A DNA stretch of 64,000 nt from Azolla caroliniana (Eukaryota; Plantae; Polypodiophyta): positions 14,942,001-15,006,000 of the forward strand of contig JBHGNT010000003.1 in the NCBI GenBank assembly GCA_043228905.1. The letters are read 5' to 3'. The position numbers and the translations under genes are program-made. The notes beneath the pieces were generated by a model. The model was not told the origin of the DNA and searched no databases. It was given only the letters and a program-made list of their open reading frames with translations. Below, piece by piece: positions 39,983 through 52,564 of the stretch (its first letter is position 1; each line of letters opens with the position of its first letter).

Positions 39983-42900
39983 CAATGTTGGGCAAAGTCC
40001 CAGGAACAGTGTTAGCATTCCGGTTTAGTTGGGACTTTCGCCGAGCAAGGTGGGAGAGAGTCGGAACTGATTCCGGCTAGAATTTCCCAAAAACCGGAAT
40101 CTAACCGGTTCATATTTTTGTAACCGGCTATTTATGCATTTAAAAAATAAAAATGTAAAAAGAAACGATTTTTCCTCTTTCACTGTGTTTTTCCTATGTT
40201 TCCCCCCTCTTTCCCCCCCTTTTTCCTCTCTTTTCCTTTGTGTCTGTGCTACCTCTTCTCGATTTCTCTCTTCTCTATTGCATGTGCCTTCCACTTGAGA
40301 GTCGAAAGTCGAGACTTGACAATCAATACGTAGGTAAACTATACATATATACCTTGCTTCTGTCAATAATAGCTTATTTTCAGATGTTCTGTTTGTAGAA
40401 GATTGAAAGAATTCACTATAGATTTCTTCTCGATTTCCCTCTTCTTGCTTGCCTGTGCCATTGACTTGAGAGTCGAGAGTCGAAGCGTGACAATCTATAC
40501 ATAGGTAAACTATACATATATACCTTCCTTCTGTCAATAGTGGCTTATTTTTAGATCTTCTGTTTGTAGAAGATTGAAAGAATTCACTATAGATTTCTTG
40601 TGCCTTCAACTCAAGAGTTGAGACTTGACAATCTATACACATGTAAACTATACATATATACTTAGCTTCTGTCAATAATGGCTTATTTTTAGATCTTCTG
40701 TTTGTAGAAGATTGAAAGAATTCATTGTAGATTTCTGGTATGCATTATTAAAGAGGCTTGTAAACATTCTCAATTAAAAGCCCTAAAATTGCATTGAAAT
40801 ATTCTATACCTTAGCATTAAAATCTTGTGTTCCTTGTGTATTTTTCAGTTTCTCATGTGGACTGTGGCAGAGGGTTGCATTGTAGCTGGTCCGGATGTTT
40901 TACAGTTAACCCATGTTGTTGTTGTTATGGTATAGAAGATTTTTCATGTTTTAAACTTCATTTTACATTTACCCACTCTTAAGAATACATTTGATGTATT
41001 CTCACTAAGAGAACTTCATGTGCATTTCTAATGATGTAGGTTGGCAATGTGAGGGGAATACTGATCTGACAATCATAATGATGTGGAGGTTTTGGATTCA
41101 GCCATTGCATTAGAACCTCTGGAAGATGAGGATGACAATCATAGGTTTGAGTTTTTCTCAAGTTTTAACAGTTGATGAATGTCATTCATATGATTTACTT
41201 ATTTTTACATGGAAATCTCCAAACAATGATATTTCTATAACAAAGTCCAATGCCATAACTTATGCAAGATCGCTAGGTGCCAAGGTATTATGCTCATTGC
41301 TGGTTCAGTTATTTATCATGCCTTTTGGCCAAGACAATTGACAGTCTATTCCCTAAATTATCTTAAAATTAAAGAGGCTGATTATTTTAAAACTTCGAGG
41401 TTTTTATCATGTTAGGTTAGTTCTGAGCAAAATATATACTTGTTTGCCTATCAAGAGAATTCCCTGTTCAGATATATTTCTCGATGTAGCTCAAGCTTTG
41501 GCAATATTCAAAGTTTATTTTATTCAGAAAAGTCATTCAATAGTGTCTTAGAACACAATTTTGTTCAGGTTCTGAAGCTGCATTTAAACTACTCTCAAGG
41601 AGTGGCAAAGAAAAGTATTCCTCGCGAATCCCAAAGTGATACCAAGTTCTAACATGGAGGACTGGGAGTAAATATACAAAGACAACAAAACTAGTGATCA
41701 ACGGCATACACCTGTTGTAGTTGGAGTTGCAGTCATGGTTGGGATAAGCATGCTTGCTTTCTTAAAACAATCAAATACATAAGTATGCCAACCATAGACT
41801 TATGCATCTTAAAGTGCACCTTTTGGGAAAAATTCTGGAAATTCATCTTACGACTGTCAAAAAAAGCCTTGATAGCCCCTTGTATTATGTAATTGGTGAT
41901 TATGTCATTACCCTCATTGAGAATTTTATATAAGAGTTGAAATGACATTCAAATCACAAATGATAAGTTTCTAAATGTGATCTAAGAGTATGTATAATAT
42001 CTACAATTGTTGTAAATGATGTTTTGTGTATGCAAACATTGTTGTTGTCTTGTGTAAGATCCATCCTACATTATTTGTATACAAATTTCGACAACGTTGT
42101 AACTGTCAAATGCGTTTATGAATATGTGTTGAAAGAGACAAGAGTGATGGTTTTTCGGTTGTCGTATCTTCTTCCTTCTTGTGTCCCCCCTTCCAGTAGT
42201 AACCTCTTTATGTTTTTGGTGCTATGTTGTTAGCCGTCTATCAACTCGGGGGATAGATAGCTCAGGTTAGTACCCCCATATAGGTTGTTTGGTCAGAAAA
42301 TATTACTCATTGACTAAAATTTCCACACCAATGTGTCAAAGCAATGGCTTCATTGTCTTCAAACTGTTGACATGACCATCTCACTTTAAACTCTCTACAT
42401 TATATTGTTGGGATCTCTAACCATGTTATTTGTCCATCTTTCACACACACCTTTGGTTCTCTCTTTAGGGATGCCTCACACACAATGTCACCACATTTTC
42501 TCTATCGTGATCAATTTGGAGCTTCCTTTGAGGTCATCTCTCACATACAACTCTCTCTCTCTCTCTCTCTCTCTCTAGCCCACTAGATTAAGAAGAAGCT
42601 CATTGTACCCTCTATTATAATATTCTCAAGATCCATAGACCATGGAAACTTGATCCTTTACTACCTTGTAATCTCCCATATATCCTAGGTATTTTAATTT
42701 TCTTATTCTCTTTGCAATACATGGATTGTGTATATAAGTTTCCCTTCACGTAAATTGAATCTATAGATTATGCTAGTCCAACGCACTTTGCATTATTGGT
42801 CCACAACAAAAATACGAAAGGCAAAGGAAAGCGCTAAATTTATTTTTTTGATTGATTTGATTTTGTATTGCGCTAAATTTTTTATTTATTTGATTTGGTA

Positions 42901-43041
42901 TGTGCTAAAAAAACATTTCAACATGTTCCGGTTGACATTATCACTTGTAGGAAAGTGGCCAGTTAAAAATTTTAAATTCCGGTTAGGTTCATAAGAAGCA
43001 GAAAAATTTCCGGTAGGGGCTAGAGACTTTGCCCAACACCA
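39983..43041 (+). mobile_element. Non-autonomous hAT element H1
   Basis: TIRs CAATGTTGGGCAAAGT / ACTTTGCCCAACACCA; 8-bp TSD GGTGTAAC/GGTGCGAC. Subterminal regions and the transposase 5' stub (42640-42832) are homologous to H2. Confidence 0.85.
40250..40736. repeat. Three imperfect tandem copies of a 130-180 bp unit inside H1
   Basis: GTAAACTATACATATATAC..CTTCTGTCAATA..GCTTATTTT.AGAT.TTCTGTTTGTAGAAGATTGAAAGAATTCA occurs three times. Confidence 0.85.
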
Positions 43042-44435
43042 GGTGCGACGACCCCCATTCGGCTTTTTCAGATGACTTGATTAGATCTTGTATTATTTAA
43101 ACCCCACCCATGGGGCATTAATGACATTGCTAGCCTTAACCCTAGCCTCTACCAGTGTTAGGCAAAGTCCTAGGAACAGTGTTAGCGTTCCGGTTGGGTT
43201 GGGACTTTTGCCGGCCAAGGTGGGGGACAGCCGGAATTGATTCCGGCCAAGTTTTCCTACCAACCGGAATCTAGCCGGTTCATATTTTTTGAACCAGCTA
43301 TTTATATAGTTTATGTAAAAAATAAAGGTAAAAAAAAGTTTTTATATATATTTTTCATGTTTTTCCCCTTTTTTTGTTTTACTTTCCCCCCTCTTTTTGT
43401 TTTTCTCCCTCTCTGTCTTCGTCTGATTTCCTGCTACTCCCTCCTTGCTCGTTGCTCCCTCCTCGTTGCTCACTGCTCCCTCCTCATTGCCCGTTGCCGT
43501 TCCTCCTTCCTACTTCCTAGTTGTTCGTTAACAACTGCTTGTTATTCATTGTTCATTCATTGCTCACTGCTCACTGCCCACAGCTCGTTGCTTCTCCCTC
43601 GTTGATTGTCGGCGGCCTCTCATCACTCAAAAATTGCCGCTCGTCACTCAGAAATTGCCGCTCGTCACTCATTGATTGCCGCTCGTCACTCGTCGGCGAT
43701 CGCCCATCATTCGTCACTCAGCTCTCACCACTCGACGATTCATTGATTTTAGATGTCTCCACCAACACATTGATTGAATGGATGAGAAGGAATTGAGCCA
43801 GTACATAAGTGTTATCTTTATGCGCCAAGTAAGAGACTTTAAATCTCCCACCAATTCATTCTAATTGTTGCTTATTTAAACATTGAAATTGATCCAATGT
43901 ATAAACATGGTGATGTCGTGATAAACCACTTGCTTTTCAATGGATACCAAGCCAAGCCTTGTGCAATGAGTTTCATGTTTGGTTCATTATATATTCAAAG
44001 ATTTAGATCATGTAAATTTACAAGTACTCCTAAAGCATTGTTGTATAAAAGTGATCCATGTTAACCTTTAACAAAAAATTGGAGTCACATAATTTAGGGA
44101 TTTTGGTGGTAAAGTAAGGGATCATGCATTATTTTGGCATTTGCATCCCGCTTCACCTTATTGATGTGGTTATAAGGTTGGACGATGTCATATTGCAATT
44201 TGTATGTGTTTTATGTTTCCATTGACATGTCTTGTAGTAGTTTTGGCAAACTAAAATGAAATAGGAGAAATTTTGATAAGAGGTATATTACAATATCAAC
44301 GAAAGTAGAACCTATCATAAATATGACCTTGTGCATAATTTCTATTTCACTATTACTTGATTATACTATATCTTTTGAAATATTTTTCTCGAAAGAAGAT
44401 CAACCGAAGACTTTGTATAGAGGAAAAGAAACATG

Positions 44436-45027
44436 CATTTACATCTATTGCGCATTTGTGGCAACATAATGAAATAAAACACATTTCTGAAATATTAAGC
44501 TCCCTCATTATACAAAAACCTCGTTGGTTTGGTATCTTCGTTTGAATGAATTGTAAGAATAGTGATGATGATATACTAAACATCCATTAGAGACCATCAA
44601 TTGTTACAAAATGTCTCTTGAACATTGTAAGGCAAAGATGTGGGATCATTGCAAAGTATGTGCATTGGAGAAGAGGATTACATCTTCATGCTTCTTTTTA
44701 GTGGGTGAACATGAACTTGTGAAGATGTACATACATTTACATCTATTGCGCATTTGTGGCAACATAATGAAATAAAACACATTTCTGAAATATTAAGCTC
44801 CCTCATTATACAAAAACCTCGTTGGTTTGGTATCTTCGTTTGAATGAATTGTAAGAATAGTGATGATGATATACTAAACATCCATTAGAGACCATCAATT
44901 GTTACAAAATGTCTCTTGAACATTGTAAGGCAAAGATGTGGGATCATTGCAAAGTATGTGCATTGGAGAAGAGGATTACATCTTCATGCTTCTTTTTAGT
45001 GGGTGAACATGAACTTGTGAAGATGTA
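44436..45027. repeat. 298 bp apparently identical tandem duplication inside H2
   Basis: Units start at 44436 and 44734; no differences seen by eye. Confidence 0.9.
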
Positions 45028-45885
45028 ATGGAACTAGGTGTGGAAAGAGATTTGCTCTTCTTCATCATCATCATCAAGGGGCTACTATGATAAACAAATT
45101 AACGAATCTAAAATACTATTTACTTATTACAATATAACTAGATGAACCAACAAATTTGAGATGAGAATCATCATGTAATTCAAACACATGTAGTGGACAA
45201 TAGGTTGAAAATTGGGAGGGAATTATGTACAACAAATTATCTTAGCACAAGAAAAGCATAGAAAGATGATGGGAATAAACAAGAATAAATCACAAGGAGG
45301 CATGTATATTCTATTACTACCTCGCATTCGTATTGTCATCTTGTTTGTGATCTCTAAAGTGTATCTCAAAATCTTTCCTACTAGATGCATTTTGTGGGAA
45401 AACGAATTTCTTGACATATTTGAAATGATTTTAGCTATGATTTCCTTCTTTTTGACATATTTCTTGTTTGGAAATTTACATTAGCAGCATGTGATTCTAT
45501 GTGTTGAATATGATGTCTTTCTTGGCCGTTGCAAATCAATTTCTGTCCATTACTCCCATTTGTAAATCAATTCTAATTTATATCTTAAGTTTTTGTGATC
45601 TCTAAAGTGTATCTCAAAATTTCAGTGTTCTAAACAAGAGCTTATTTAATGTGGGTAAGCTAATGTGAGCCATCCTCTTTCTTCTTTATTTTCTGATAGA
45701 TTGGAAGGTCCATAGTGGAAAATTGATCCTTTATTGCCTCGGAAACTTCAAATATCCTAGGTATCTTAATTTGTTTTTTCTTTTTGGAAACATGGATTGT
45801 GTATGTAGGTTTCGCCTTCTTGTAAATAGAATCCATATATTATGTTAGTGAAACATTCTCTGCATTATTGTTACAGACTTACAGT

Positions 45886-48116
45886 ATGTCCCAAAACAAG
45901 AATATGAAAGGCAAAGGAAAGCAAATTAGCCTCTTTACAATGCCCGGCTTTAGGAAAAACTTGCCATCTAAAGAAGATGTGTCTCTAGAAGAGCCTATAA
46001 AGGACCATCAACACTCCGAAGAATTACTTCATGAGATGAATAGAATTAGTAAGGCCAAACTAAAATTTCAAGAAGATTGGCTTACTAAATTTAAGTGGCT
46101 TCAAGAGGATTTAGAAACTGGTCTTTTATGGTGTAGTTATTGTAGGAGTGATCCTCATAGTAAGTCTTCATTTGGCAAAACAGGTGCCAAAAACTTTAAG
46201 ACTTCCGCATTAGAAGAACATGCAAGAAGTGTGGCCCATCGAGATGCCATTTTGTTACAAGAACGTGACAAGAATGGTCTTGAAAAATGTGCATAAAAAA
46301 GAAAGAAAGTGTGGATGTAGCAATTGAAAAATTGTTTAAATGTGCATATTTTATAGCTAAAGAGGATTTAGCATTTAGAAAATTGGAAAGCCTCTTACGA
46401 TTGTTCAGAGAATGTGGTGTGGAAGGCCTTCCACGAATGTATAACGATAATAAGGCTTGTGCAAGCTTTATCTTGCACATTAGCAAGGCTCTTGAAGCTG
46501 AGATCTATGATAGGTTGAGGAAAAGTCCTTGGTTTGGGCTTATGGTAGATGAAGCTACCGATGTAAGCGTAACCAAGAACTTGATTCTTTATGCTACATT
46601 TGTGGAAGGAAGGCAAGTAAGAACCTCTTATTTGGGGTTACTTGAAGTAGAGGATGGTACATCAAACACAATAACAAAAAGCATTTTAGCATTATTAAAA
46701 AAGTGGAACTTAGATGTTAGAAAAATGATGGGATTCAGAAGTGATGGAGCATCTGTTATGGTAGGTATGTCTACAGGTGTTGCTACAAGATTGAAGTCAT
46801 ATAACCCATTTATGACTTCCTTACATTGTTGTGCACATCGAACAAACTTGTGTGTGCAAGAGGCTTCAAAGAACATTGAAGTCAAAGAAACATGTAAGCA
46901 GTTAGATGCCCTTGTGAATCGGGTGGCTGCACATTTCTCGAGGAGCTCACTACGCCAAGGTGAATTAACTAAGATGCAAGATGCACTAGAATACACACAT
47001 TTGCGTATTCTTGGGATTGTGAAAACACGATGGCTTAGTCGGCATGGTGCTATCATGAGGGTATGTCATGTGTATGAACCCTTGATGAAGACTTTACAAT
47101 CGCAAAGTGATGCATACAATGTATTCGTAAGTTTAAGAAACTTCAAAGTAGTGTATATGCTTCACTTTCTTGCAGATGTACTTAAGATCATGTTAACGTT
47201 AAGTTTGGAATTCCAAAAGGAATATGTGGATGTGACATGCATTGGAGGTTTGGCTATGATAGCCATTGGGGAGATCAAAGAACAATTTCTCCATCATGTT
47301 ATGATGGATCTAAATGGTTTTGAGAAGGATAACTATAGTTATCCAATTATTCCAGAATATGGTAGAGAAAAAGGAATGCTTTCAGTTTTAAGAGATGCTA
47401 TTAAAGGTAATATGTATAAAAGCATCCTCATGAATAGATGTATTGATGGTGAGGACTTGATTGAAGCCATACAATTCCAAACTTTGTTTTCTAAGGCATT
47501 AATAGAGACAATAAAAAAGAGGCTTCAAGATCCGGTAACTCTTTGCGCATTGAAAATGTTATCACCAATGAACATGTCTGCCGAATCTACAAGCATTTTA
47601 GCACGAAAAACTATGGGTCTTAATAAGTTGAAAACACTTGGAAATTTTTATGGCATTCAAAAAATGGTAGATGGGAGAGCGTTTTCTCCCATAATTGATA
47701 ATGATAAATTGTATGATGAATATGCAATTTTCAAAAGGCAAGCTACCACGGAATGGCTTGGAAGAGATTTCTTAGATGTTTAGGGTATGATAAATTGTAA
47801 TGATGTGTGGAAAGAAAAGCTACCCGAACTTCTAAAGATTGCATTGATAGGTTTAATCCAATGTTCTTCTACAGCAGCGTGTGAGAGAGGCTTTAGTCGC
47901 CTAAATCTAATAAAAAATAAGTTTAAAAATAGGTTGAAAAACAATGCGATTGATGCATTGATACGAATCTCTATTGAAGGACCTGAACTAGAAGAACATG
48001 ACTTCAATGCTAGCATTTTGTTGTGGCGAGAAGGCAAGGCATATCGTCATATTTTTACAGGAACTTCTCATGAGCATGATGATGAGATCGAGGACTTCAT
48101 AGAAGATATAGATTAA
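45886..48116 (+). pseudogene. hAT transposase (ZNF862-like) with one frameshift (~46290) and one stop (47781)
   Basis: N-terminal zinc finger WL..LLWCSYC..H..S.AH, LMVDEATD, SDGASVM, HCCAHRTNL, TRWLSR, and the dimerisation domain STAACERGFS. Confidence 0.9.
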
Positions 48117-48477
48117 AACTTTATAAATGTGATCGATTTTGTTTTGGAACTTTCTATATATTACATCTAATTTGATCTAATATGTTGTTAATGCTACTTT
48201 ACAAAGGTTTGAAAAGTGAAATATGTTTATAAAGTTAGAATTTTTTTTGGAAAATATATATCTTTAGTTTTTGGGTTTCAAAATTTTGTAATTGATTTGA
48301 TTTGGTATTGCATTAGATTTTTTTTTGGTTATGCGGCCAAAAAAAATTTCAACATGTTCCGGTTGACATTGTTGTTGGTAGGAACGTAGCCGGCCAAAAT
48401 TTTAAAATTCCGGTTAGGTTCATGAGAAGTAGGAAAATTTCCGGTAGGGGCTACAAACTTTGCCCAACACTGGCCTC

Positions 48478-48880
48478 AACTCCTCAATATCAAAGTTAAG
48501 AAGTACAACTCTAAGTACATATCTTGTAGCTAAGGATGTGCATCTCTGTGAGAAGGTTTTGCAGGCCAGAAGATGTTAGTCCGGAAAAGGCATATACTGC
48601 AGATGTTCGCAAGGTTTACTACATACAGTGAACTGAAGGATGTGCATATCTGTGAGAAGGTTTTGCAGGCCAGAAGATGTTAGTCCGGAAAAGGCATATA
48701 CTGCAGATGTCCGCAAGGTTTACTACATACAGTGAAATGATAGCTGAGGTTATCTTGGATGCAGTATGTGGTAAATGTGAAGTATTGAGTGAGACTTCCA
48801 TTCAAGATTCTTCTGAAGACGAACCATTCAACCACGTCTTTTTTTGCTCTTATATTTTGATCCTAAGAAAGGCATAAAGC
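48478..48880 (+). pseudogene. MET1: Fragment of a MET1/DNMT1-type DNA methyltransferase (second BAH domain) with a 104 bp internal tandem duplication
   Basis: Across frameshifts it reads QLLNIKV...VRRFCRPEDVSPEKAYTADVRKVYYSE......AVCGKCEV...NHVFFCSYIFDPKKG, matching plant MET1 VRRFYRPED.S.EKAY..DI.E.Y.S...GKCEV...DHIFFC..FD..KG. Confidence 0.8.
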
Positions 48881-48920
48881 CGAGCTCTTTGAAAAGCTCC
48901 ACTAACAACAGGACATGGAT

Positions 48921-48954
<34 letters not shown>

Positions 48955-49142
48955 CCAGGGGAAGAGATCATGGAGTAGCAATAAGAATGGTAATCTATCT
49001 CTCCGCAGGCATTTTCGATCATTCTCATCATTGAGGCCACGTGTTGGAGCCTCATTGGCTGATGGCGAGAAAGTGGTGGTCATTCCGAGTGTGGAAGGGC
49101 ACAAAATGACCCCTTCTGTCGTTGCATACAAGAAAATCGGGC
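48955..49142 (+). pseudogene. 5' fragment of a plastid-type (DnaK-like) HSP70 with an internal deletion
   Basis: S/R-rich transit-peptide-like stretch, then EKVV|VIPSVEGHKMTPSVVAYKKIG. Compare cpHSP70 EKVV(GIDLGTTNS...)..NAEGQRTTPSVVAYTK.G. Confidence 0.65.
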
Positions 49143-49764
49143 ATCATGATGATGGTAATGTTGGAAAAAAGCAGCATGATGATGGCACTACCACTAGTAG
49201 TATTGGTGAGGAAAAGAAAAAGAACGATGACCATGATGGTGATGGTGATGGTGAGTTTTAGTTTAATCACCAACTATTATAAGCCTTCTACAATCTTTTT
49301 GCTGGTGGCTGCCCTAGGAGCAGCTATGCTACCCTTTTCCTCATGGGTAGCACAAAAACTAGTTACAATAACCAGAAAAAGGAGAAGTTTTGACTCCAAG
49401 GTCCACAATGAAGGATATATGGCTCAAGCTCACTACTTGTCTGGTGTTGTGGATGAGCATTATGAGTGACAGCCAAGAGTGCGACAGAGACGCGGCTGAG
49501 AGCCATCTGCGCATCGGCCGAAAAACGGCCGAGTGACCGCCACGAGACGGTTCAGAAACGGCTGAGCAACGGCCGAGAGATGGCCGAGCTTCGGTTGAGA
49601 GACAACCGAGAATCCACACGGTCAAGTCAATTACCCGGACGAATAGCCAGCGGACAGTGCCCACCGCTGATGGAATGACCGCCGCAAAGAGGCCGACAAT
49701 CCGAGAAATACCACAAGAAGACCTAGAAAACGAAGATCTAGAAAATGAGGAAGTAAGAGGGGGT

Positions 49765-49973
49765 TAGGATTTGGGAAGCAAGGGGCGCAAGGAGTGAGTG
49801 GCTAAGATTGGCTCTTGCATTCTTGGTATAGATTAGAGGAGGTTTTGGTTTGGTAGGGTTGGATGTCGTGATGTGGAAGGTCCAAAGGTCGAATATAGAG
49901 GAAAAAAAAGGAAAAGTTGGACAACCATAGAAATGTAAATATTTAAATACAAAAACAAATAGTATAATAAATA
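49765..49973. repeat. ~200 bp dispersed repeat, copy 2
   Basis: Direct repeat of 39624-39826. Confidence 0.85.
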
Positions 49974-50526
49974 ATAAAATAGCTAATTGGTTAGCATTGA
50001 GGAATATGATGGTTGGGAAAAGAAGAAATGGTTTAAATCTTGACTACCGCATAAAAACGAAAGTTTCTTATTTTAGGGTTTGTGAGAATTTGTCTTCCTC
50101 TCTTTCTTGAGTTTAGGGTTCCTCGGGTGTGGTGCAAGCGTGGATATGGGGGTCACTTCTCTTTTTTCTTCTTTTACTCCAATTATTTGTTGGGGGTTCC
50201 AGTTGCTTGAAGGAAGGGAAAAAGATGGAGAAAGAAGGGCCTTGATGAGGAGGCGAAAGAGGTCATGGATAGCTACAACAACAAAAAGATGTGATGACCA
50301 TTGCTCGTGAGCTTAGGCTACATGAACTCAAGGTCCTTCCTCCAATATTACTTCCTATTTCCATGCAACTTCTCGTTGTATTCCTGATTTGTAACCATTT
50401 GTTGTATACCCTATTTTAAAAGGGGGGATATCTTTTTGAACGCATTAGTGGGTGTTGTCGTTTTAAGCATGAGTACTTAATCTTAATCCCTATTATCGTG
50501 TGTTAATAACCAAGTTGTCAATGTGA

Positions 50527-50529
50527 TGA

Positions 50530-50591
<62 letters not shown>
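50527..50591. repeat. (GA)n microsatellite
   Basis: Read directly from sequence. Confidence 0.9.
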
Positions 50592-50596
<5 letters not shown>

Positions 50597-52564
50597 CCTT
50601 GAAGTTGAAGATTCCTTGAGCTAGGACTTCTTATCAATATTACATAATACAAATAGTTTTAAGGTTGCTTGTTTTAGAAGTTGACTCTTTTTGTTGATGA
50701 TAGTGACCCGATTGTAGGCATAACTTGTATAAATGAAACCCTCTTGGGAGTTTTGATTAGGTCATGATCCATGATGAACATGGATGCATAACTTTTATTC
50801 TCTAATTGTAAATGTTTATAAAATTTATGGCGAATGATAGTTAGTACAAAACCATGCTAAAGAGTTAAGGACTCACAAAGTGGACTGTAATTATTGAAAA
50901 TTTTATCATTGACTTTCCAAACCACATTGGGAATCTCTTTTTGTCAAGATCTCTCTTTTTTCTTGAGTTGGGAAATATTATCATGTATGGATGGATGGAT
51001 GGATATTAATTTGTTGAATTACTTGTCTATAATTCAAGATTTTCCTCCCAATGTTATCATCATTTATCAAGTGGATGCATTTGCATGATAGGTGGCCAAT
51101 GGCATCATTGTACAACCATAATTGTCTATTCACATTTTATCCCCCTACAAAGCACGCAACCAATGGTATAGTTTATTTACATTTTATTCCACGACAACCA
51201 CAAGAATGAATGGACGGATTTCACATTTAATTCCTTTATCATAATAACAATCAATGGACTATATTCATCCCATGTTATTCCTCTCTTGTAAGCCAAAAAC
51301 AGTTTATATAGTAAGATATTATTGCAAAAATTGCTTGCACATTTTCACATGTGCTTTCTTTAAAGTCTTCTAGAAGAAGGGGAAGAAGGGGAAAATAACA
51401 ACAAAAAATTCAAGTGAAGGTTTTGAAACTCATTTTCACACACAATTTAGGAGGTAAGATAGTGTGTAATGTGTTAAACATCAAACCAAATACATGTTGA
51501 TTATGCTAGCGTAATTGATACACATAAGTATCCATTGTACACATTCTTCATGGCACTTTTGTAAAGGATGTTCAATAAAGTTAGAACAATGTTAGGATCC
51601 TTTATTTCCTTAAAATGAAGCAAACAATTTGCACGTCATGTGACATTGTGACATCATTATCATAATCCTTCTACCCATGTGACCAATAAATGTGATTGCG
51701 AGCTACCATAGTCGCAGTTGCACATATAGAAAGTGGCAAAGTTCAATCAATTGGTGATCACAACAAAGGTCATTCAACATAGTTAACACAATTAGGGTTT
51801 TCTTGGAACAATTTTAAAGGGGGAACATTTGTAGAGTTTGATGTTGTAGTGAGCAAAAGTTGAGAGTTGCTGAATTGGCAATAAGTATAACCACAACTAT
51901 TAGTTAAAGTGATCAAAATCTGATCAATTAATATTTGGACAAATCAATTAGGGAATATAGTTATCAGAGGACTAGTCAAGAAGTAGTACTCTTGGAATGT
52001 AATTCCAAGGTGCGCCTATATGGCCATATTAATGTAACAAAATCAAACATGCATATTGTGATACAAGAATATGGCACAAACTACAATGTTGCATTCTATG
52101 GACCAATATCAATCCGTTCTTCACAACAATGTAATTTGCAACCACGTTATGGATTGTAATCAAAGTATAATTAGAGAGAGTTTTTTGGGCTCCAATGTGA
52201 TATTGTAAGATCTTGTTAAGGATGTATGTGCCTCACAATCCACCATGTTGAGTAATTTGTTAAATATGACATCATATAATATAAATAATAGTCCTAAACT
52301 TGAGGGAGGTGGAATAGTGTCCACGTGGCAAATTCGAAGGGTTTCTAATCTTGTGAGAGGTACAATAGTATACATTTGGGAAATCAAAGGCGGAAGGGTT
52401 TATAGATGGCAACTTTGGTAGGGGTAACTTTTTATGGATGCGGCAACTTCCTAAGCTTGTGAAAGGTAGAATAATGTGAGTTTGGCAACTTGATGCGGCT
52501 CCTAACCTCAACACATTTGTGTTCTTGTGGGTGTGGCAAGGTCTTTAGGTAGAATAGTGTGTGG

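Larger units (their letters stand above)
43153..48472 (+). mobile_element. hAT transposon H2 (formerly autonomous)
   Basis: TIRs CAGTGTTAGGCAAAGT / ACTTTGCCCAACACTG; 8-bp TSD GCCTCTAC/GCCTCAAC; contains a transposase. Confidence 0.92.

Noticed and set aside
40025-40675. 216 aa minus-strand ORF with repeated CIVY.CIDC
   Set aside because: Product of the three tandem DNA repeats and subterminal low-complexity sequence of H1.
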